64,000 nt of DNA from a virus (lineage: Duplodnaviria; Caudoviricetes). The position numbers and the translations under genes are program-made. Where the stretch lies: the IMG/VR virus record IMGVR_UViG_3300048998_000202; one strand, given 5' to 3'. Below, in pieces: positions 58,121 through 64,000 of this stretch (position 1 is its first letter; the number at the start of each line of letters is the position of its first letter). The notes beneath the pieces were generated by a model, which saw only the letters and a program-made list of their open reading frames with translations, was not told where the DNA came from and ran no database searches.

Positions 58121-59791
58121 ATGTCCAAGTTCAACGACGGCAAGGCCAAGGCGGCCGGGCCCAAGTCCCCGATGACCACGACCGGCACCGTCACCAATCA
58201 CGCGGGCGGTGACGCCCTCACCCGCGACGTGCGCTCGGAGCTGTTCCTGACGGCCGTGACCAACATGGTCGGTGAGGACACCTTCTACGAGTCCGCCAAG
58301 GACCGCGACGACCGCTTCAGCGCCCTGGTGCGCCAGGTGGCCGTCACCGACCCCGGGTGGCTGTACCTGTTCCTGGGCTGGCTGCGCAACAGCGCCAACA
58401 TGCGGTCGGCGTCGGTGGTCGTGGCGGCCGAGGCGATCAAGGCCCGTCTGGACGCGGGGATCACCTCCACCTTCCAGGTCCTGGACGTTGACCAGATGCA
58501 CACGATCGGCTCCAAGGACTTCATCGCGCAGGCCATGGCCCGTGCGGACGAGCCCGGCGAGTTCCTCGCGTACTGGACGTCCAAGTACGGCAGCGGCGGC
58601 CCCACCATGGGGCTGCCCAAGCCGGTCAAGCGCGGTCTGGCGCTGGCGGTGCAGAAGCTGTTCAACGAGTACACCTACGCCAAGTACGGGCAGGCCGACG
58701 GCGGTTTCGGGCTGGGCCGGATCGTGGATCTCGTCCACCCGGCTCCGAAGGCCCCGTGGCAGGGGGAGTTGTTCGAGCACGCCCTGGACGAGCTGCACAA
58801 GCGGGACAAGCCGATCCCGGAGCACCTGTACATGCTCCAGGAGCGGGCGAAGTTCCTGGCCATGCCGCAGGCGGAGCGCAAGGCGTTCCTGGAGCGTCCC
58901 GGGGCGAGTGAGGTGCTCTCCAAGGCGGGCATCACCTGGGAGGCGCTGTCGGGCTGGCTGGGCGGTGAGCTGGGTGCGAAGTTCTGGGAGAGCCTGATCC
59001 CGACCATGGGGTACATGGCACTGCTGCGGAACCTGCGCAACTTCGAGAAGGCCGGGATCTCCAGGAGCGCCCGCAAGGCGGTCCAGGAGCGGCTGAGCGA
59101 CCCGGCGCAGGTGGCCAGGTCCCGGCAGTTCCCCTTCCGGTTCCTGAGCGCGTACCGGGCCGTACAGAGCGACTGGTGGAGTGAGGCGCTGTCCGAGGCG
59201 CTGGACGCCTCCGTGGGCAACCTGCCGGAGTTCCGGGGCCGGACGCTGATCCTGGTGGACACCTCCGCTTCGATGCGGAACAAGATCAGCGAGAAGTCCT
59301 CGGTGTCGCACGCGGATATCGGTGCGCTGTTCGGTGTGGCACTGGCCAAGGCCGGGGCCGAGGTGGATCTGTACGGGTTCGCCGACGGCGTCTTCGGGCA
59401 CAACCTGGCGCAGGGCGGCTCGGTGCTACGGGGTATCGAGGCGTTCACCGACCGGATCGGCATCGTCGGCCACGGCACCGAGACCGTCAAGTCCCTCAAG
59501 CAGACCTACGACGGCCACGACCGGGTCGTCCTGGTCACCGACATGCAGGCGTTCGCGGACTACGGCCGCACCTCCTGGGGTGGCTATGCCATGGGCAACC
59601 GAGGGTCCAGCCCCACCGTCACCACCGCCGTTCCGGCCGGGATCCCGATGTACGGGATCAACCCGAGCGGGTACGCCTCCACGGCGCTGGACCTGTCCAT
59701 GCCCAACCGGTACGAGATCGGCGGGTTCTCCGACCAGGTATTCCGGATGATCTCTCTGATCGAGGCCGGGAACGCGGGCTGGCCCTTCTGA
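58121..59791 (+). CDS. rsr: Ro60/TROVE-domain RNA-binding protein (with vWA domain)
   Basis: EDTFYES, LR..ANMRS, MGYMALLRNLRNF, SRQFPFRFLSAY, LVDTSASM and VTDMQ motifs. Confidence 0.93.
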   Translation: MSKFNDGKAKAAGPKSPMTTTGTVTNHAGGDALTRDVRSELFLTAVTNMVGEDTFYESAKDRDDRFSALVRQVAVTDPGWLYLFLGWLRNSANMRSASVVVAAEAIKARLDAGITSTFQVLDVDQMHTIGSKDFIAQAMARADEPGEFLAYWTSKYGSGGPTMGLPKPVKRGLALAVQKLFNEYTYAKYGQADGGFGLGRIVDLVHPAPKAPWQGELFEHALDELHKRDKPIPEHLYMLQERAKFLAMPQAERKAFLERPGASEVLSKAGITWEALSGWLGGELGAKFWESLIPTMGYMALLRNLRNFEKAGISRSARKAVQERLSDPAQVARSRQFPFRFLSAYRAVQSDWWSEALSEALDASVGNLPEFRGRTLILVDTSASMRNKISEKSSVSHADIGALFGVALAKAGAEVDLYGFADGVFGHNLAQGGSVLRGIEAFTDRIGIVGHGTETVKSLKQTYDGHDRVVLVTDMQAFADYGRTSWGGYAMGNRGSSPTVTTAVPAGIPMYGINPSGYASTALDLSMPNRYEIGGFSDQVFRMISLIEAGNAGWPF

Positions 59792-59816
59792 TCGCACGGT
59801 CCGCCACCGCATGACC

Positions 59817-59852
59817 AAGGCCCCCTCTCCACCGCCGTGGAGAGGGGGCCTT
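59817..59852. terminator. Bidirectional terminator between convergent genes
   Basis: AAGGCCCCCTCTCCAC...GTGGAGAGGGGGCCTT. Confidence 0.75.
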
Positions 59853-59861
59853 GACGGTGTC

Positions 59862-60107
59862 TCAGGTGTCGCTGCGCGGTACCTGGGTGGGGTGCTCGTC
59901 CTGCCACGCGCGAACGGTCTGGATCGTGGTCGAGATCGGGTCCAGGTGCTTTTCCGGAGAACCGTGTTCGCGGCACAGTTCCTGGTAGTGCTCCAGAACC
60001 TGCGGCAGCAGGAGGTCCTGCGACCGGAAGACCACAACGGGCTCGTCCTCCCCGATGGTGCCCTTCTCCAGGGTGACGCGTCCGTACTTCCCGTCGATCG
60101 CCATCAA
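59862..60107 (-). CDS. Hypothetical protein
   Basis: EDEPVVVFRSQD motif of small phage proteins. Confidence 0.65.
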   Translation of the reverse strand: MMAIDGKYGRVTLEKGTIGEDEPVVVFRSQDLLLPQVLEHYQELCREHGSPEKHLDPISTTIQTVRAWQDEHPTQVPRSDT

Positions 60108-60709
60108 GCGGTCGGCGGCTGGTCGCCCGGGGCCGGGGCGGCCGGAGCCTGCGGGGTGACGGCACCCTCGGTGAGGGTGATGGTGGCGACGCCGCCCGGG
60201 ACGACGTCCACGGCCTCGGTCACGGTGATCTGGTTGCCCTGGTCGTCCTGACCGGCGTCGAAGGTGATGACGGCCGAGCCGGGGACGCCCGCCTTGACCA
60301 CGTAGGTGACACCGGGGGTGGTGGCCGAGGCGGGGTCGAGCTCGACGGTCGCCACGGTCTCGTCGTCCACGGTCACGGTGATCTGGTCGTCGTTGACCGG
60401 GTAGCCCTTGGCGTCGTCGGCCTCGACGGTCACGCTGAACTGCTCGTTGTCGTGGATCTGCATCGGTGCATCCTCCTGCGGCTGCTGCGTGGTGACGTCA
60501 CCGATGGTGACGATCCTGATGGTGGCGGGAGTCCGCTTGGTGACCCACGCGTAGATCTCCTCGGCGATGTCGTATACCGACTCGCTGCCGAAGGTCTGCG
60601 GGTTGTGGTTCTTGCGGGCCATGTCCAGGCAGGCCAGCCGGAGCTGATTCTCGTGCAGGTTGTCGTCCCACGCGGAGACGAGTTCCGCCTCCATGCCGTC
60701 CACGTCCAC
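60104..60709 (-). CDS. Hypothetical protein with Ig-like C-terminal half
   Basis: 201 aa; internal GGAGGA-ATG (MQIHDNE) may be a second start. Confidence 0.6.
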   Translation of the reverse strand: MDVDGMEAELVSAWDDNLHENQLRLACLDMARKNHNPQTFGSESVYDIAEEIYAWVTKRTPATIRIVTIGDVTTQQPQEDAPMQIHDNEQFSVTVEADDAKGYPVNDDQITVTVDDETVATVELDPASATTPGVTYVVKAGVPGSAVITFDAGQDDQGNQITVTEAVDVVPGGVATITLTEGAVTPQAPAAPAPGDQPPTA

Positions 60710-60808
60710 GGATCTCCCTTGTTCGGCCAGAGTGCAGGGTAAAACACCGCACCCCCTCTAGGCGAGGCCGGGAGGGGGTGCGGTGGGAAACAACAGGTGG
60801 CGCACCCG

Positions 60809-61225
60809 TTACAGACGGCGCGGTCCGCGCCAGTCGAGGTCCTTATCCGGACAAGATTGGCGTACACCGTTGTCGTCGCGTTCGGCGTAATGCTGGCCGC
60901 ACGTGCACTCGACGCGGATATTGCCCAGCATCATCTCGTTGCGGTGCAGGGGCTTGTGTTCCAGCGGCCCCACGTACTTGGGGCATCCCATCTGGTGCAG
61001 GAGCAGCTTGCGGGGTTGGGAGGGCCGTAAGGCCAACGGGTGGACGGCCCGACAGGAGAAGCACTGTCCGCGCGGCCACTGCTGAGTGACCCTCAGGCGG
61101 TCGTACATGGGCGCCAGCAGCTCTTTCCAGACCGGCTCGACCAGTTCTCCGGGTATGAGCTCCTGGAGACGCTCCAGGGCCTCCAGGCGCTTGCGGACCG
61201 TGGGCCAGTTCCGGTCGATGTTCAT
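60809..61225 (-). CDS. Cys-rich hypothetical protein
   Basis: MNIDRNW start; CFSC and CTC motifs. Confidence 0.55.
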   Translation of the reverse strand: MNIDRNWPTVRKRLEALERLQELIPGELVEPVWKELLAPMYDRLRVTQQWPRGQCFSCRAVHPLALRPSQPRKLLLHQMGCPKYVGPLEHKPLHRNEMMLGNIRVECTCGQHYAERDDNGVRQSCPDKDLDWRGPRRL

Positions 61226-61236
61226 CGGCTCGTCGA

Positions 61237-61941
61237 TCACCCGACCAGCACCCCCGCCTTGGCGGTGTCCACCGAGACCCCGGGGCGGCCGAACTTCTTG
61301 TCGAACTGGTGGATGCCCCAGCAGATGCCGTGCAGCGCCCACAGGTACCACCAGTCGTACTCGGTGCACGTGGTGATCCACTCGTAGCACTCGTCGAACT
61401 CGAAGTCCGGCGTCTTCGTGGAGTCGTAGCGGTCGGGCTCGTTGAAGTAGAAGTCGAATTCCAGCAGGGTCCTGATGGCCAGGTCGGCCGCGTGCAGATC
61501 CTCGTACATCAGGTGGTTCTCGACCTCCTGCCGCAGGCGCTCCTCGTGCTCCTTGGGCACGACGTCCTGCTCCACCATGTCGGTGATGTACTGCGCGAGG
61601 TCCTCCTGGAAGGTGTCGGTGTCCCACTTCTCGGCCTGCTCGGAGGAGGACAGCTTCTGCGTCCAGTAGCCGGGGTCGGGGTGCAGCGAGCCGTTCTTTC
61701 CGATGCTGTTGCGGAAAGACCGGAACATGTCCTGGTCTCCGTTGGAGAAGACGTAGGAGTCGCCGTCGCCCCGGAACAGCAGGAAGTTCGGGCCGGTGTG
61801 GATCTCGAACCAGTAGGCGCTGTTCTTGGGGTCCATGAAGCGCAGGTGCCGGTACACCTTGTCGTTGCGCAGCACCTTCATCTTGTGGTCGCGGACCTCA
61901 GAGGTGAACCGCTTGCGACTCTTGGTGAGCTGATCTTTCAT
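61237..61941 (-). CDS. Conserved phage hypothetical protein
   Basis: HKMKVLR..VYRHLRF..YWFEI..GD..YVF..YW.QKL. Confidence 0.7.
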   Translation of the reverse strand: MKDQLTKSRKRFTSEVRDHKMKVLRNDKVYRHLRFMDPKNSAYWFEIHTGPNFLLFRGDGDSYVFSNGDQDMFRSFRNSIGKNGSLHPDPGYWTQKLSSSEQAEKWDTDTFQEDLAQYITDMVEQDVVPKEHEERLRQEVENHLMYEDLHAADLAIRTLLEFDFYFNEPDRYDSTKTPDFEFDECYEWITTCTEYDWWYLWALHGICWGIHQFDKKFGRPGVSVDTAKAGVLVG

Positions 61942-61946
61942 GCTGG

Positions 61947-63152
61947 TCACGAGGTCGCCGATCCGTTCTGGAAGATGCGGGCAGCGGCCAAGACATCCTC
62001 GAAAAAGCCGCCACCGATACGGGTCGCCGGGGCGAGGTCGTCCAGGAACGGATTCATCCCGATGATCCAAGCGCGGGCCAGATCGTCGTTCCCGATGATC
62101 TCGAAGACCTGTCGGACGCACTCCTCCTTCTCGGGGGTGTCCATCAGGCCGACAAGGCCGGGCCACATCGGGGAGTCGCCTACCGCCAGCTCCTTCTCGC
62201 GCTCCACGACCTCGTCCAGCCGGAAGAAGTGGCCGCAGTCCAGGCACGAGCGCGGCGTACGGCCACGGATGGAGATCCACTTCTCGTGCGGGCAGTCGGC
62301 CATCGGGATCATGTCCGGCTGGAGGGCGTCAGTGGGCTCCTGCGGGATCTGGAGGGCCAGGAAGCCCCCGTTGTCCAGGGAGAAGTCCGGGGCCGCCTGG
62401 AAGGCCCACGAGGAGCGCTCCACGGTCGTGTAGTCGTCCGGGCCCGGCCTGGCATCGAAGGCGGCGATGTGGGTCTTCTGCCACTCCCAGGAGACCCGCT
62501 GTTCAGAAGAGGTCTCACGGACCACCACTCCCCCACGCCGCGCCCGGTCGCTGTACGTGGTCTTGAAGTTGATGTTCTTCTTGTCCCAGAGCAGCTCCTG
62601 CATCTCGGAACTGCTCACGCCCTGGAGGGTGTGGTGGGAGAAGTGCGCCTGAGCGGCCATGCTGACCGCGTTGCGAATCGCGTCCTTCTGCCGCCACAGG
62701 AAGTAGTTGGCCACCTCGATCCGGGAGGGGATCGTGTAGACCCGACCGTCGAAGACGGCGGGCTTGTTGCCCCGGGGAAGACTCTCGACGTTCTGGCAGG
62801 AGCGGTACATGTCGGTGAATTCACCGGAGGCGATGCTCGCGGCCACCGAGGCCATCTTCTGCACCGAACCACCGAACCAGGGCTCGCTCTGCGGCTCCAG
62901 GTCGGCGAGCAGAATCGAGATCTCGTCAGACTGGGTGTAGGCGAAGCAGACACCGGACAGCTCCCGACACAGCGCAACGGCGGCCGTGTCCATGGCAGCG
63001 ATCACGTTGGCGTCGAAGGGCTTCCCGGCGTTGCGCAGGTGGGTGTGGAAGGCCCGACCATCCACGCGGATGATCGTGTACGTACGGGGCGGCAGGGCCT
63101 GTCGGCTCGCCTGCTCGTACCGCTTCATTCTGTCCCCGAACTCATCGGGCAT
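61947..63152 (-). CDS. thg1: Thg1-like tRNA(His) guanylyltransferase with C-terminal extension
   Basis: RMKRYE, RVDGRAFH, YTQSDEIS, FDGRV and WRQKDAIRNAVS motifs. Confidence 0.92.
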   Translation of the reverse strand: MPDEFGDRMKRYEQASRQALPPRTYTIIRVDGRAFHTHLRNAGKPFDANVIAAMDTAAVALCRELSGVCFAYTQSDEISILLADLEPQSEPWFGGSVQKMASVAASIASGEFTDMYRSCQNVESLPRGNKPAVFDGRVYTIPSRIEVANYFLWRQKDAIRNAVSMAAQAHFSHHTLQGVSSSEMQELLWDKKNINFKTTYSDRARRGGVVVRETSSEQRVSWEWQKTHIAAFDARPGPDDYTTVERSSWAFQAAPDFSLDNGGFLALQIPQEPTDALQPDMIPMADCPHEKWISIRGRTPRSCLDCGHFFRLDEVVEREKELAVGDSPMWPGLVGLMDTPEKEECVRQVFEIIGNDDLARAWIIGMNPFLDDLAPATRIGGGFFEDVLAAARIFQNGSATS

Positions 63153-63210
63153 GAGGGCTCCTCATCTCTGGCGGGATGTCAAGACTGTACTACACATGGG
63201 ATTGACGATG

Positions 63211-63411
63211 TCAGGGCATCAGGGGCATCATGCGGCGGATGGCCATCCGCCGCAAGGTCTCGCGGGCCTCCTGCTCCCGCAGAGCCTTCTCGAAGACCGC
63301 GTCCAGTTCAGCGCGGCTCAGACCCTCCATGAGCGTGTAGGCCCGACCACCGTCGTGCTCCAGCAGCGCCTCCAGCAGCGAGGCGTAGATGTTCTCCAGT
63401 TCCTCGGTCAC
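63211..63411 (-). CDS. Small hypothetical protein
   Basis: GTGA overlap; RBS GGAGGGGG. Confidence 0.55.
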   Translation of the reverse strand: MTEELENIYASLLEALLEHDGGRAYTLMEGLSRAELDAVFEKALREQEARETLRRMAIRRMMPLMP

Positions 63412-63668
63412 GTCTCCCCCTCCATCGCTTCCAGGATCACAGCCGTGGTGACGCTCTTGCCGGGCGCGATGGCGTTGACGCGGCGCTGCATCGTCTCCAG
63501 CATCCCGTCGTCCGTTCCGGCCAGAACCAGGCCCACGATGATCAGGCAGGCGTCCCGGTCTTCCAGGATGACCGGCAGCCACACCTGGTCGTACGACATC
63601 GCCCAGCCGCCCATGCGGGTGTCCAGCGGGCGCAACGCGAACGCCCCTATCTGCTCGTCCTCACCCAT
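63408..63668 (-). CDS. Small hypothetical protein
   Basis: Operon packing. Confidence 0.5.
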   Translation of the reverse strand: MGEDEQIGAFALRPLDTRMGGWAMSYDQVWLPVILEDRDACLIIVGLVLAGTDDGMLETMQRRVNAIAPGKSVTTAVILEAMEGET

Positions 63669-63984
63669 GCTGGGACCTCCATACGCATTCCCGGCTGTGC
63701 CAGGTGACGCCCATGCCCTCGTGGCCGCAGTCGCAGTCCACGGTCTTCACTCCGTTCTGATCCAGACCGTGACCGCTCATGCCCTGCCCGCAGGCGCATG
63801 TGCAGCTCTCATCGGCCCCCAGCGGCTCGCACTCGGCATGGCGGCCCGCCCAGCACCTCCAGCCCGGCGCAGGCCCCCACAGCCCCAGGGGATCGTTCAG
63901 CTCCCGGTCGGTCCTTATCGTGTCCGGCTCCCAGGGCATCCTCAGCATCACCACCAGCCGGTCGTGGGCGGCCTTGGAGGACAC
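63661..63984 (-). CDS. Small Cys-rich hypothetical protein
   Basis: RBS GGAGGG; CTCAC and CDC motifs. Confidence 0.55.
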   Translation of the reverse strand: MSSKAAHDRLVVMLRMPWEPDTIRTDRELNDPLGLWGPAPGWRCWAGRHAECEPLGADESCTCACGQGMSGHGLDQNGVKTVDCDCGHEGMGVTWHSRECVWRSQHG

Positions 63985-64000
63985 ATTGCGCGGTCCCTCC

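Noticed and set aside
467-63332. Numerous long + strand ORFs (e.g. 2188-3828, 9964-11865, 33304-35589, 48696-50564, 54028-56112)
   Set aside because: They are antisense shadows typical of high-GC coding DNA, with no motifs, and lie opposite well-supported genes.

Overview
This is 64 kb of a large, high-GC actinobacterial myophage (Streptomyces-like host inferred). Almost all genes are on the minus strand. The window covers the morphogenesis region (portal, protease polyprotein, scaffold, major capsid, neck, sheath, tube, frameshifted tail chaperone, tape measure, baseplate), lysis genes, and an early region with dCTP deaminase, Ro60 with four Y-RNA-like genes, and a Thg1-like enzyme. The standout feature is a candidate RNA-guided system. 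A stand-alone Cas7/Csm3-like RAMP gene (24719-25297) is accompanied by ten separately promoted and terminated small-RNA cassettes built from 8-13 GGY-NN pentamers. These lie in two arrays, one solo unit, and one unit hidden antisense inside the protease gene. The architecture matches my recollection of the recently reported VIPR systems, which I cannot verify here. Other notable items: an 1875-aa polyvalent protein carrying GNAT, several ADP-ribosyltransferase-like, RelE-like and SWIM domains, with an overprinted antitoxin-like gene and a nested antisense HNH gene; 14 copies of a TGTY-N21-AAGGGGTG late-promoter-like motif; a probable ATT start codon; and a poly-gamma-glutamate hydrolase that the ORF track missed. 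All functional calls come from motif recognition by eye, not from database searches.
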